Shown in pieces: positions 9,926-19,730 of a stretch of 64,000 bases of DNA. A program made the position numbers and the translations under genes. Source of the stretch: Nitrosopumilus sp. (GTDB lineage Archaea; Thermoproteota; Nitrososphaeria; Nitrososphaerales; Nitrosopumilaceae); the NCBI GenBank assembly GCA_965205215.1, contig OZ242041.1, positions 320,001-384,000 of the forward strand, written 5' to 3'. The notes beneath the pieces are model-generated. The model was not told where the DNA came from, did not search any database, and worked only from the letters and a program-made list of their open reading frames with translations. Each line of letters opens with the position of its first letter. Position 1 is the stretch's first letter.

Positions 9926-11008
9926 CTAACCCTCCTTCTGAAACTCTTCGAGCAGCCGCCTCTGGGTGCGGTTGAGTTTTTTTGGTATCCCGACGGCAAG
10001 GTGCACCAGCATGTCGCCCTTGCCGCGGCTGCGGACGTGCGAGACCCCCTTGCCCCTCACCTTTATGGTGTCGTTTGGCTGGCTGCCGGGATCTATCCTT
10101 ATGGTCTCCATGCCGTCAAGCGTGGGAACCCTCATGGTGCATCCGAGCGCGGCATCCACCATCGGGACGTGCAGGCGCATGTGTATGTCCTTGCCGTCAC
10201 GCTCAAAGAGCTTGTGCCTCATGACCCTCACCCTCACTATCAGGTCGCCGTTCCGGCCCCCGGGCACCTCGTCGCCCTCCCCCTGTATGGTATAGTCCCC
10301 GTCATCGACTCCGGGGGGTATCTTGAATGCAATGGGCTTCTTTCCCTTGCGGCTGCCGTTCCCCTTGCACTTGCCGCACGGGTCCTCTATGGCCATGCCC
10401 TGGCCCCCGCACGCAGAGCAGGGCATTGCGGTTACAAAGGAGGCAAACCCCATCTGGCGCGTCTTCCTGATCTGGCCCTGGCCCCCGCACGCAGAGCACG
10501 TCTTCCTTCCGGTCCCGGGGCGGCATCCCGTCCCGCTGCACTCCCCGCAGGCTATGCGCTTTTGGACCTCGATCTCCAGGTTCTTGCCGTGCAGGACCTC
10601 CTCAAGTGTAACCGACGTCTCGACTAGGCGGTCGGCGCCCTCGCGGCGCCGGCCGAAGCCGCCGCGGCCCCTGCCACCAAAGATCTGCTCAAAGATGGAC
10701 TCGAATCCGCCGCCGTCCCGGCCGAATATCTCGTCAAAGTTTCCGCGCGCACCGCCGAAGATATCCTCCGTGCTGTACTGCCCGTCTACTCCCGCATGCC
10801 CGGCCCTGTCGTACAGCTGCCGCTTGGAGCCGTCAGACAGCACCGCATACGCCTCGGATATCTCCTTGAAGTGCTCGGCGGCCTCGGCCGTGCTGTTACG
10901 GTCGGGGTGGAACTTTAGCGCCAGCTTACGGTACTGTTTCTTTATCTCGTCGGCGGGCGCGTCTTTGGCAACGCCCAGAACCTCGTAATAGTCACGCTTC
11001 GAACTCAC
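9926..11008 (-). CDS. dnaJ: Chaperone DnaJ
   Basis: J domain with HPD, G/F region, four CxxCxGxG repeats. Confidence 0.97.
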   Translation of the reverse strand: MSSKRDYYEVLGVAKDAPADEIKKQYRKLALKFHPDRNSTAEAAEHFKEISEAYAVLSDGSKRQLYDRAGHAGVDGQYSTEDIFGGARGNFDEIFGRDGGGFESIFEQIFGGRGRGGFGRRREGADRLVETSVTLEEVLHGKNLEIEVQKRIACGECSGTGCRPGTGRKTCSACGGQGQIRKTRQMGFASFVTAMPCSACGGQGMAIEDPCGKCKGNGSRKGKKPIAFKIPPGVDDGDYTIQGEGDEVPGGRNGDLIVRVRVMRHKLFERDGKDIHMRLHVPMVDAALGCTMRVPTLDGMETIRIDPGSQPNDTIKVRGKGVSHVRSRGKGDMLVHLAVGIPKKLNRTQRRLLEEFQKEG

Positions 11009-11071
11009 AGCACGTCACGCTCTGAATGTTTTACGTATAAACGATATTAAGCCGTACCGCGTGCCGCAGGG

Positions 11072-13066
11072 TCACGACTGGCCCGTCTGGTGCGGATCCT
11101 TTTGCGCCGAGTCGTTGTCGTTGCTGCTGCTGTTGTTGTTGTCGTTGCTGCTGCTGTTGTTGTTGTCGTTGCTGTCTGCGCTGTCAGCGTCGCCGCTTTC
11201 CCGTGCGCCCTCCGACTGCTGCCCTTCCGGATCCACCTTTTCAAACACGTTCTCGTCACCCTCGGCGGCTGACTGTTGTTGCTGCTGCTGTTGTTGTTGG
11301 TCTGCCCCCGGAGCGGCATTCTTGTACAGCTCCACGGTCACCTCGTTTACAATCTTTTGAAGGGCCTCTAGCTTTGGCTTTAGCTCCTCCGGCTCCCTGT
11401 CCAGGGCCTCCTTTACCTCCTTTGCCGCGTCGGTAATCTTGATGCCCTGCTCCTGGGTTATCTTGTCCTTGAGGTCCTGTGTTACCAGCTTCTCGGTGGT
11501 GTAGATATAGCTCTCCGCCTCGTTCCGGAGGTCTATCTTTTCCTTTTTCTTTTTGTCCTCCTCGGAGAACTTTTCGGCGTCCTCCTTTAGCTTTTCAATC
11601 TCGTCCTCGGACAGCTTGGTTGACGACTCGATCGTGATCTTTGCCTCCTTCTGCGTCCCGAGATCCTTTGCAGTCACGTTGATTATTCCGTTGGCGTCGA
11701 TGTCGAACTTGACCTCTATCTGCGGCACGCCCCTTGGCGCCGGGGGCAGGTCCGTAAGGTTGAAGCTTCCAAGAGAGACGTTGTCCGAGGCCATCGGGCG
11801 CTCCCCCTGCACCACGTGTATGGTAACGGCCGTCTGGTTGTCCGCGGCGGTGGTAAAGACCTTGGACTTTGAGGTGGGTATGGTGGTGTTGCGCTCTATG
11901 AGCGGCTCCCTGACCCCGCCCAGTGTCTCTATCCCGAGCGTCAGCGGCGTCACGTCAAGCAGTACGATGTCGCTTGTAACGTCGCCCGCTATGATGCCGG
12001 CCTGGATCGCTGCGCCCATTGCGACTGCCTCCATCGGGTCCACGCCGGACTCGGGCGTCTTGCCGACCACCTCGCCGACGAACTTTCTTACAAGCGGTAT
12101 CCTAGTAGGCCCCCCGACCATCACTATCTTGCCGATGTCAGAGGCCGTAACCTTCGCATCCTCGAGCGCCTTTAGTATGGACGGCTTGCAGCGCTGCACT
12201 ATCGGGTCGATGAGCTCGTCGAGTTTTGCCCTGGTGATCCTGATCTCGAGGTTCTTTGCGCCCGACGAGGGGTCGTTTGCTATGAACGGCAGGTTGACGT
12301 CAGTCTCCATTACGGTGGACAGCTCGATCTTTGCCTTTTCGGCCGCCTCCCGTATGCGCGTCATCGCGGTCACGTCGGATCCAAGGTCTATGCCCTCCTT
12401 TTTGCGGAACTCGTCGGAGATATAGTCGATCAGGGCCTTGTCCATGTCGGTCCCTCCGAGCTGCGTGTCACCGGAGGTGCTCATCACCTCAAAGACGCCG
12501 CCGCCCATCTCCATTATGGTAACGTCCAGCGTGCCGCCGCCAAAGTCAAAGACCAGTATCTTCATGTCCTCCTTTGCCTTGTCCAGCCCGAACGCAAGCG
12601 AGGCGGCCGTCGGTTCGTTGATTATCCGGACAACATCAAGCCCCGCGATCGTGCCGGCGTCCTTTGTGGCCTGGCGCTGGTTGTCATCAAAGTATGCCGG
12701 GACCGTAATGACTGCCTTCTGGACAGGCTCACCCACGAACGCCTCCGCGTCTTTTTTGATCTTTTGCAGGATGAACGCCGAGATCTGCTGCGGCTTGTAG
12801 TCCTTGTCCTGTATGCGGAACGTGTGATCGGATCCCATCTTGCGCTTTGCCGCGACTATGGTGTTCGTTGGATTTGTGACGGCCTGCCTGCGCGCCGGCT
12901 CCCCCACCAAGAGGTCGCCCTCCTTTGAGAACGCCACGACGGAGGGAAAGGCCTTGCCGCCCACGGTGGCGCCCTCGGCCGCCGGAATTATGGCGGGTTT
13001 GCCGCCCATCATTACGGCAGCAGCAGAGTTGCTGGTGCCAAGATCAATGCCGATAATTTTACTCAT
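11072..13066 (-). CDS. dnaK: Chaperone DnaK (Hsp70)
   Basis: [34 protein letters not shown]. Confidence 0.98.
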   Translation of the reverse strand: MSKIIGIDLGTSNSAAAVMMGGKPAIIPAAEGATVGGKAFPSVVAFSKEGDLLVGEPARRQAVTNPTNTIVAAKRKMGSDHTFRIQDKDYKPQQISAFILQKIKKDAEAFVGEPVQKAVITVPAYFDDNQRQATKDAGTIAGLDVVRIINEPTAASLAFGLDKAKEDMKILVFDFGGGTLDVTIMEMGGGVFEVMSTSGDTQLGGTDMDKALIDYISDEFRKKEGIDLGSDVTAMTRIREAAEKAKIELSTVMETDVNLPFIANDPSSGAKNLEIRITRAKLDELIDPIVQRCKPSILKALEDAKVTASDIGKIVMVGGPTRIPLVRKFVGEVVGKTPESGVDPMEAVAMGAAIQAGIIAGDVTSDIVLLDVTPLTLGIETLGGVREPLIERNTTIPTSKSKVFTTAADNQTAVTIHVVQGERPMASDNVSLGSFNLTDLPPAPRGVPQIEVKFDIDANGIINVTAKDLGTQKEAKITIESSTKLSEDEIEKLKEDAEKFSEEDKKKKEKIDLRNEAESYIYTTEKLVTQDLKDKITQEQGIKITDAAKEVKEALDREPEELKPKLEALQKIVNEVTVELYKNAAPGADQQQQQQQQQSAAEGDENVFEKVDPEGQQSEGARESGDADSADSNDNNNSSSNDNNNSSSNDNDSAQKDPHQTGQS
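11114..11173. repeat. 24-bp tandem repeat (about 2.5 copies) in the dnaK 3' end
   Basis: gttgtcgttgctgctgctgttgtt repeated; encodes NDNNNSSS units. Confidence 0.9.
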
Positions 13067-13077
13067 TATTTACCGCG

Positions 13078-13845
13078 CTACTCCTTTTTTGATATGACAA
13101 CCATTGAAGGCCTTATAATCGTATTTTTCATCACGTAGCCGCGGCGCAGCTCCTTTGTTATGGTGTTCTCATCAAGCAGCGGGTCCACCTCCGAGGAGAC
13201 GGCCTCGTGCATGTTCGGGTCGAATATCTCTCCGAGCGCGTCGATGGGCCTGACCTCGTACCTCTCAAGCACAGAGTCCATGTTGCGCAGTATGGAGTCA
13301 AGCCCCGTCGTGTCAACCTGCTCCTTGGCAAACGTGTCGCGGGCCCTGACAAAGTCGTCCCGCACGCCGAGCACGTCGGACACGAGTCCGCCAAGCCTCG
13401 CGGCAATCCCGGCCTCGATCTCAGACGCCGCCCTCTTCGTAAGGTTCTGGTAGTCGGCAAGCGCGAGCTTGAGCTTTTGCTCGTACCTGGAGGACTTGGC
13501 CGCCTCGGCCTGCAACAGGTTGTACAGCTGCGCGGGGTCCATGTCGGGTGACGGCGTCGGCGGCGCCGTGCCGCCGGGCTCGGCGTCTCGGGTGCTGCTG
13601 CGACCGTCGTCTGGCTCCGACTCTGACTCTGCAGCGGCCGTGGCTGCATCCGCGGTCGGTTCGGGGCCCGTGGCGCCGCCGTCTGAACCCTCACTGTCGT
13701 CGTTTCCGCCGGCAACATCCCCACCGGCAACATTCTCAATTGTAATCTCCCCGTCGGCCGCGTAGTCCGTTTCGGCCGCCGCGCCGGGATCGCGGCCGCC
13801 GTCATCTCCGCCATCTGCAGGCGGCCCGTCGTTTTGTGACATCAT
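13078..13845 (-). CDS. grpE: Nucleotide exchange factor GrpE
   Basis: ADYQN, GEIFDPNMHEA, RGY...IRPSMV; upstream of dnaK. Confidence 0.95.
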   Translation of the reverse strand: MMSQNDGPPADGGDDGGRDPGAAAETDYAADGEITIENVAGGDVAGGNDDSEGSDGGATGPEPTADAATAAAESESEPDDGRSSTRDAEPGGTAPPTPSPDMDPAQLYNLLQAEAAKSSRYEQKLKLALADYQNLTKRAASEIEAGIAARLGGLVSDVLGVRDDFVRARDTFAKEQVDTTGLDSILRNMDSVLERYEVRPIDALGEIFDPNMHEAVSSEVDPLLDENTITKELRRGYVMKNTIIRPSMVVISKKE

Positions 13846-13973
13846 CTAGCGCCACGGCGCAGGCGATTTATAATTTAACAACTGGCGATCCCCTGGTTTG
13901 TTGCGCAACCCTGCCTGCGCTTCATTCCGCGGTCGAGAGCACACACCAAGAGTTCGGGTTATGCAGTTAACTA

Positions 13974-15233
13974 CTATCCTTCAAACTGCTCGCACAGCGG
14001 GGTGGCCTTTACCACCACCAGATTGGGCTTTTCGGCCTTGGCGGCCGCGGCCAGCTCAAAGTCCTTCAGGGAGCACGGGATGACGGCCATTGGCTTGTCA
14101 GTCGCAAAGATTCCCGGCGGTGGCTCCGCGTACACGTCCACGTCGGCCAGCCAGTCGTGCAGCCGGTTGGCCAGCACGTTGCATATCTCGTTGCGGTCAC
14201 CGCGCATCAGGTGGTCATCAAACGACCACAGTATGACCACCTTGGTCTTGGTGGTACGCATGTCACAGTCCCGTATGATCTGCTTGGTGTTGTCCACCAG
14301 CCGCCGGACGTACGAGTCCAGGCCCTTTGCGTACAGCGTGGGCAGCCGCTGAAGCGACTTTGCATCCTCAAGGGACAACCCGACGGCACGCATGTCAAGC
14401 AGTCCGCCAACCATCCCGTCCAGGTACGACTCCTGCATGCGGTCGTCGACTGCCATCTCCGGCACGCTCTCCCTTGGAACGAACTGCGCCACCTCGAGCA
14501 TGGTGCATATGGACGCAAACCTGGATACGATCTCCATTGCGTGTATGTACTCCGACGCGGCCAACGTCGCGAACTCCGCGGGGGTCTCGGGATCAGGCGA
14601 GAAGATTGCGGCAAGCCGGCCGTCGACCCTTCCGGGATCGGCGGAGCCGACCATCCGGGGCGGCGGGCGGCCGCTCTCCAGCGGATAATAGTAGTAGGAC
14701 ACCTCCGAGCCCACCTCGAGCCCGGTATCGTGCTGCAGTATCGACACGTACTCGCTGCTCTCCCCGATGCCGACCGGCACGCAGAATATCACGGAGGCAC
14801 CCTCCTTGACGTGCTCTACCGCATCCTTGAAGAGCGAGTGCGTGCTCGCCTTTGTGCTGTGCAGCTGGGCGCGTATGCGCGGCGCAAAGAACAGATAGTC
14901 AGACCTTGAGACGGCCACATGCAGCGGCTCGAGAGACATTATGGGTTCGTCATCCTGCAGGGAGGATATGTGCGGGTACGTCCTGGCGATCTCCGCGTTC
15001 AGCTTGATTGCGGTGGGGTTCGACTCGTCTATGATAAAGACGGTCGCGCCGTCTATGGCGGCCTGCCGCGCTATGTCGTAGCCCTCCGTGCTCATCCCAA
15101 ACACGGACACGGTCATGGCGCGGTCATGCGCGCCGTTGCCGGCGTTGCCACCATCAGGGATTGTCCTGCCGGCTCTCTTGCCGCCACCCTTCTTGCCGCT
15201 ATCTTTTTTGCCACCGGTCCTTTTTGCCGCCAT
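13974..15233 (-). CDS. Hypothetical protein, divergent nucleotide-sugar dehydrogenase-like fold
   Basis: Degenerate Rossmann start VSVFGMSTEG; layout reminiscent of UDP-ManNAc/UDP-glucose dehydrogenases; function is inference. Confidence 0.55.
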   Translation of the reverse strand: MAAKRTGGKKDSGKKGGGKRAGRTIPDGGNAGNGAHDRAMTVSVFGMSTEGYDIARQAAIDGATVFIIDESNPTAIKLNAEIARTYPHISSLQDDEPIMSLEPLHVAVSRSDYLFFAPRIRAQLHSTKASTHSLFKDAVEHVKEGASVIFCVPVGIGESSEYVSILQHDTGLEVGSEVSYYYYPLESGRPPPRMVGSADPGRVDGRLAAIFSPDPETPAEFATLAASEYIHAMEIVSRFASICTMLEVAQFVPRESVPEMAVDDRMQESYLDGMVGGLLDMRAVGLSLEDAKSLQRLPTLYAKGLDSYVRRLVDNTKQIIRDCDMRTTKTKVVILWSFDDHLMRGDRNEICNVLANRLHDWLADVDVYAEPPPGIFATDKPMAVIPCSLKDFELAAAAKAEKPNLVVVKATPLCEQFEG

Positions 15234-15334
15234 AATACACCGCAGCGGCTTCTTTAAAAAAACTTATTGCGCAGTCGGCCTAAAATGCAATCTAAAAAGT
15301 TCATTAAGGGATGTGCAGCTGCCCGTTTACTGTC

Positions 15335-15412
15335 AGCCCGGTAGTGTAGTCAGGTCAAGCATGGAGGGTTTTGGTCCCTCCGACCCCAGTTCGAATCTGG
15401 GCCGGGCTACCA
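15335..15412 (+). tRNA. tRNA-Gln (TTG)
   Basis: Acceptor agcccgg/ccgggct, anticodon arm gaggg-ttTTGgt-ccctc, T loop gttcgaat, encoded CCA. Confidence 0.96.
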
Positions 15413-15434
15413 TCATCATCATCATCATCATCAT
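15411..15434. repeat. (CAT)8 microsatellite
   Basis: Perfect cat repeats starting in the tRNA-Gln CCA end. Confidence 0.85.
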
Positions 15435-15451
15435 CGCCACCACCATTACAG

Positions 15452-16219
15452 TCACACGTTGAGCCTCGTAAGCAGCCTGGATGCCACTGCAAACAGCGCG
15501 CACGCAAGGACCGCCAGAACCGCCACCTCCACCGCGACAAACGCGTCGACGCTGCCGAATATGCCCGCCCTTATCACGTCCACCAGATATGTCAGCGGGT
15601 TGAGGTAGAACGCTGTCCTCAGCGGCTCCTGGACGCCCTCGGCCGGATAAAAGGCCGTGCTCACGAACGCAAAGAAGAGAAAGACCGTATTGATGATAAC
15701 GTTGAACCCCTCGCTTGAGCGCAGCCTGGTCGATATTATCGACGCGAGCGACCCGAACAGCACGGACCCCGCAACCGCGCCAAACACGATGATCGGTATG
15801 GTAACAAGCGAGATCTCTGCATCCTCAAAGAAGACCGGATAGCCGACTGCCATGATGAACGCGGCGCTGACCAGGCCGACTATGGCAATCGTGCATATGT
15901 TGCTGATGATATAGTGCCCCCTGGTGAACGGCCCCGACATTATCTGCTCAAACATGCCGTGCCGCCTGTCGTTCCAGATTATTATCCCGGAGACCAAGGT
16001 GCTGTTCATTATGTTGAACCCTATCATGCCGGACGCGAGGAACGCGGGATAGTCAAGATCCTTGGCCGCACCAAACTGTATGCCCTGGACGAGTGGCGCG
16101 TATGCAAACCCCGCGACAAAGATGTAGACCAGCGGGAAGATTACCTGCCATATGAGGAACCCCGGGTTCAGCGAGATGGTAATGTTGCGGTTTACCAGCC
16201 GGATTATAGGATGCGTCAT
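15452..16219 (-). CDS. ABC-2 type transporter permease
   Basis: About six TM helices, YPAFLASG, NPLTYLVD; coupled to ATPase. Confidence 0.92.
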   Translation of the reverse strand: MTHPIIRLVNRNITISLNPGFLIWQVIFPLVYIFVAGFAYAPLVQGIQFGAAKDLDYPAFLASGMIGFNIMNSTLVSGIIIWNDRRHGMFEQIMSGPFTRGHYIISNICTIAIVGLVSAAFIMAVGYPVFFEDAEISLVTIPIIVFGAVAGSVLFGSLASIISTRLRSSEGFNVIINTVFLFFAFVSTAFYPAEGVQEPLRTAFYLNPLTYLVDVIRAGIFGSVDAFVAVEVAVLAVLACALFAVASRLLTRLNV

Positions 16220-17301
16220 GCCCGCCTGCCCCCGCGCCGGTTGTTCCGATGGCCGTCTTCGTCGTCCCCCGCGCCCGCATCCGGCCCGCCCTGTTGCCCC
16301 CTCAGCTCTTCTGTCATGTTCAGGAATATCTCCTCCAAGCTGGTGGGAACGGCCGACAGGTCCTCTATCTCGATGTGGTTCTCGCGCAGTATCCCCAGTA
16401 CCCTGAGCAGTACCAGCTCCGATTCGGAGGAGCGGATTGTAATTGTGGTGTGGCTGCCGGTGTGGCTGCCGTCACCGCCGCCGCCGCCGCCAAAGCGGTG
16501 ATCTCCGCCAAACTCGATGCGGCACCCGTCCATGCCGGAGAGCAGGTCGCGTATGTTGGGGGGCCTGTACGGCAGGTGTATCTTTATGGTCTTCTCGTCC
16601 CCCAGCTTCGCCTTGAGGGCGTCAGGCGTGTCCACCTCAAGCAGCCTGCCGCGGTTCATTATCGCGATCTCGTCGCACAGGTACTCGGCCTCCGTCAGTA
16701 TGTGCGTCGTATAGAAGATGCTCAGCCCCGTCGCCCTTACACGGTTCTGCAGATAGTCAAGTAGGTCGCGGCGCGCATTGGGATCAAGGCCGACCGTCGG
16801 CTCGTCCAGAAACAGCAGGTCCATGTCGTGCATGAACTCGCGGGCCACCTGCACGCGCCTGCGCTGCCCTATCGAGAGATCCTCGTTGCGCCTGCTCCGC
16901 ACCCCCACCAGGTCGAACTCCTCCAGGAGTGACTCGGTCCTGTCGCGGCGCGTGCCCCGGGGCACGCCCCACATCATCCCGTACTTGTCGAGCGCCTTTT
17001 CCACCGACAGCGTGGGCTCGTAGCTCGGCTGCTGCAGCACCACTCCTATCCTCTGGCGCACCTGCAGGGGGCGCTTCATGGCGTCGATGCCCAGTATCGA
17101 TATGTCGCCGGAGGTGGGCCTGACCAGCGTGGTCAGCATCTTGATGGTGGTGGACTTGCCCGCCCCGTTGGGCCCCAGGAACCCAAAGACGCGGCCCCGC
17201 TGCACCCGGAACGTGACGTCGTCTACTGCGCTGGTTTGGCCGTACATCTTTGAGATGTGCCTGGCATCGATGCACGTGTCGGCGGTATCGTCGGGCGGCA
17301 T
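16216..17301 (-). CDS. ABC transporter ATP-binding protein (DrrA-like)
   Basis: GPNGAGKST, LSIGQ, LDEPTVGLD, TTH; start at ATG 17301. Confidence 0.93.
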   Translation of the reverse strand: MPPDDTADTCIDARHISKMYGQTSAVDDVTFRVQRGRVFGFLGPNGAGKSTTIKMLTTLVRPTSGDISILGIDAMKRPLQVRQRIGVVLQQPSYEPTLSVEKALDKYGMMWGVPRGTRRDRTESLLEEFDLVGVRSRRNEDLSIGQRRRVQVAREFMHDMDLLFLDEPTVGLDPNARRDLLDYLQNRVRATGLSIFYTTHILTEAEYLCDEIAIMNRGRLLEVDTPDALKAKLGDEKTIKIHLPYRPPNIRDLLSGMDGCRIEFGGDHRFGGGGGGDGSHTGSHTTITIRSSESELVLLRVLGILRENHIEIEDLSAVPTSLEEIFLNMTEELRGQQGGPDAGAGDDEDGHRNNRRGGRRA

Positions 17302-17512
17302 TTTCTCCAACCTTCCTCCTGCCGACCCCACTAATAATATCCACCACACGCGCAGGCGGCCCGCGAATGGACGGCGGGGCTGCCCGCGCGCACCGGGCGC
17401 ATACAGGAGGTGAGAGAAACGCGATGCAGAGGCCGCCGAATAAATAAGATCATAAAATATTGTGGTTTGGAACTTTTATTATACAGCATTCCCCCACAAA
17501 AGCGACGAGACG

Positions 17513-19063
17513 ATGCAGAATATCGACGAGCTGATAGACGAGATCATCAGGCAGAGCCCCGGCGCAAGCAGGGAGGAGATAAAGAGCCGCATAGCGGCCA
17601 AGATAGAGGCAGTCGGCCCCGGGTACCTGACTGAGAGGGGCGCGGCATTTCTGGTGGCCGGAGAGTACGGCGCCACCATAGCAAAGCCGATCAAGTCGGA
17701 CGTCAGCATAAAGGACCTGTACGCCGGGGCAAACGAGGTGACCCTGGAGGTCAGACTGCTAAGCGTGTCGTCAGTCAGGAAGTTCACCCAGAAGGACGGC
17801 GGGCAGGGGGCCCTGAGGACGATGTCGGTGTACGACAGCCCGGACCATACGGCAAGCGTAAAGCTGTGGGGCGACAAGGCAACCCTGCCGGGCATCAGCG
17901 AGCTGAATCCGGGCGACTATATCAGGATATCAAAGGCATACATCAAGGAGGACAGGGACGGCTCGCTGGCAATCCACGTCGGATCTGGCACCGACATAGA
18001 GCCGGTCGCGGAGCCGCGGCGGGAGATACCGCCCATCGAGTCCATAACGATGGACGTGAGCAAACTGTCAGAGATGCAGGGCGACGGCGAAGGACAGACG
18101 GCGGGAATGGGAGCCTCGAATCTCGCCGTATCGGGCAAGCTGGAGGGCGACATCACGCTCATGGAGTACACCAGGCAGCAGACCGGCGAGCGCGCCACGG
18201 CGCTAAAGATGAGGATCAGCGGCGATGACGGGGTGGCCAGGCGCGTGGTGCTGTGGGGCAAGGACATGTCATCGGTTCCAAAAAAGATAGTGTCCGTGTC
18301 GCCAAAGGTCGTACTGCTCGGCGTCTCGGCGAGGACGACGGATCAGCAGCAACAGCAGCAGTCCATGGAGATACACGGGAACGACTCGACGCGCATAATC
18401 ATACAGGACGAGGGCGGCGCGGACGGCAGCTCCATGGAGCCGATTACGATACGCATACTGGCAAAGCCCCCTCCGTCCCAAACGGGCAGGCAGGCGATCC
18501 TGGGCATAGACGCAATGGGAACGCTGTACTCTGTCATCGACACGGACCAGATATCGGCCGCATACAACGAGGGCGAGATTGTAGAGTGCATGCCGGCCCA
18601 GCTGCACGGTGCCAACGTTGTCATAGACTCCAGTTCGTTTATCAGGAACGCGGAGGGCGACGTGGCCGCATCAATTCCGACGCTACGCGAGGCCACGACC
18701 TCAATTACAGAGGCGAGGCCGGACGCCGGCCCCTCGCTTTACTGCATCAACTGCATAGTGATAAACGCGCCGGACACGAGGGAGATACAGACCAAGAGCG
18801 GCGAGACGATACCGCTTGCCGAGATGGTCGTAGCAGACGGCTCAGGCGAGGCCGTACTAAAGGCGTGGAGAAACCACGCAAGGACGCTTGAGCGGTGCGA
18901 GATGGGGGGCAAATACGTCATAACGGGCGTCAGGGCGCAGCGCGGCATGGGCGAGGAGACGGACCTTACACTGACCGAGTACTCCGTGGTCAGGAACGTC
19001 GAGGACAAGGGCGGGGCGGGTAGTGACGGCAATGCCCAACCCCAGTCAGACAGCCAATACTGA
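17513..19063 (+). CDS. Multi-OB-fold single-stranded DNA-binding protein (RPA-like)
   Basis: OB-fold signatures VKLWG, VVLWG, ADGSGEAVLKAW; N-terminal LTERGAAFLVA helix; start at ATG 17513. Confidence 0.8.
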   Translation: MQNIDELIDEIIRQSPGASREEIKSRIAAKIEAVGPGYLTERGAAFLVAGEYGATIAKPIKSDVSIKDLYAGANEVTLEVRLLSVSSVRKFTQKDGGQGALRTMSVYDSPDHTASVKLWGDKATLPGISELNPGDYIRISKAYIKEDRDGSLAIHVGSGTDIEPVAEPRREIPPIESITMDVSKLSEMQGDGEGQTAGMGASNLAVSGKLEGDITLMEYTRQQTGERATALKMRISGDDGVARRVVLWGKDMSSVPKKIVSVSPKVVLLGVSARTTDQQQQQQSMEIHGNDSTRIIIQDEGGADGSSMEPITIRILAKPPPSQTGRQAILGIDAMGTLYSVIDTDQISAAYNEGEIVECMPAQLHGANVVIDSSSFIRNAEGDVAASIPTLREATTSITEARPDAGPSLYCINCIVINAPDTREIQTKSGETIPLAEMVVADGSGEAVLKAWRNHARTLERCEMGGKYVITGVRAQRGMGEETDLTLTEYSVVRNVEDKGGAGSDGNAQPQSDSQY

Positions 19064-19139
19064 CAACCGTCAGTATCAACGCACCGGCGCCAGCACGTAC
19101 ACGGATGCCGCACGCCATGCTCGTGCGCCAGTGCCTGTC

Positions 19140-19652
19140 CTATGCTGGCGCCAAGCCAAACTTTCTCTTCAGACTGGCGCGCCGGAAGTTGGGCCTCTGC
19201 GACTCGTAGATCTGGGAGATGATGTCATAGCAGTGGAGCCTGAGCCGCAGGTGGTTCACGTTGTCAAGACCGCGGGCATGCCTCGCGTCGTTTCGAACGG
19301 ATCTGATTACCTCCATCTTGTACGAGAAAACGTCCCTGCGCCTAAAAACCGGCTCAAAGTGGTTCCGCCAGTTGTCCCTCCGGGTTATTATCCTCTCATA
19401 CGCGTCAAAGTTGACATAGTCAAACATCGAACGGTCTGGCTTGTTCAACACGTCGCTCATCTTTTTTTCTTGGTGGTGCCTCTGCTCCGCGTCCTTTCTG
19501 ATGTCGCCGGGCAGGCAGGCTTTCTCCCAGTCCTCAACAGAGGAGAGGCGCTCCACGATGAAATTCCTCAGCAGGGGCTCGAACGCGTCAAGCACCTCCG
19601 AGCTGCTGGGGCCCGTTGAAGACTTGCCCGACGCTCCAGACGGCGCGGCCAT
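19140..19652 (-). CDS. Swt1-like HEPN-domain protein
   Basis: FEPLLRNFI, DYVNF, NWRNHFEPVF and Rx4H motif RNDARH; own TATA at 19673-19682. Confidence 0.75.
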   Translation of the reverse strand: MAAPSGASGKSSTGPSSSEVLDAFEPLLRNFIVERLSSVEDWEKACLPGDIRKDAEQRHHQEKKMSDVLNKPDRSMFDYVNFDAYERIITRRDNWRNHFEPVFRRRDVFSYKMEVIRSVRNDARHARGLDNVNHLRLRLHCYDIISQIYESQRPNFRRASLKRKFGLAPA

Positions 19653-19730
19653 GTCGTGGATGCTCTAGAGCCTTTAAAAAAATTCCGGCCAGATTCTGCC
19701 GAGGGGGAGGGCGGCCCCACCTCACGCGTA

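Noticed and set aside
9926-13845. Bacterial-type dnaK system (and metK at 27395) in an archaeon
   Set aside because: Established features of mesophilic Nitrososphaerota, not novel
15335-15434. tRNA-Gln and tRNA-Gly as integration sites
   Set aside because: No integrase and no duplicated tRNA 3' end seen
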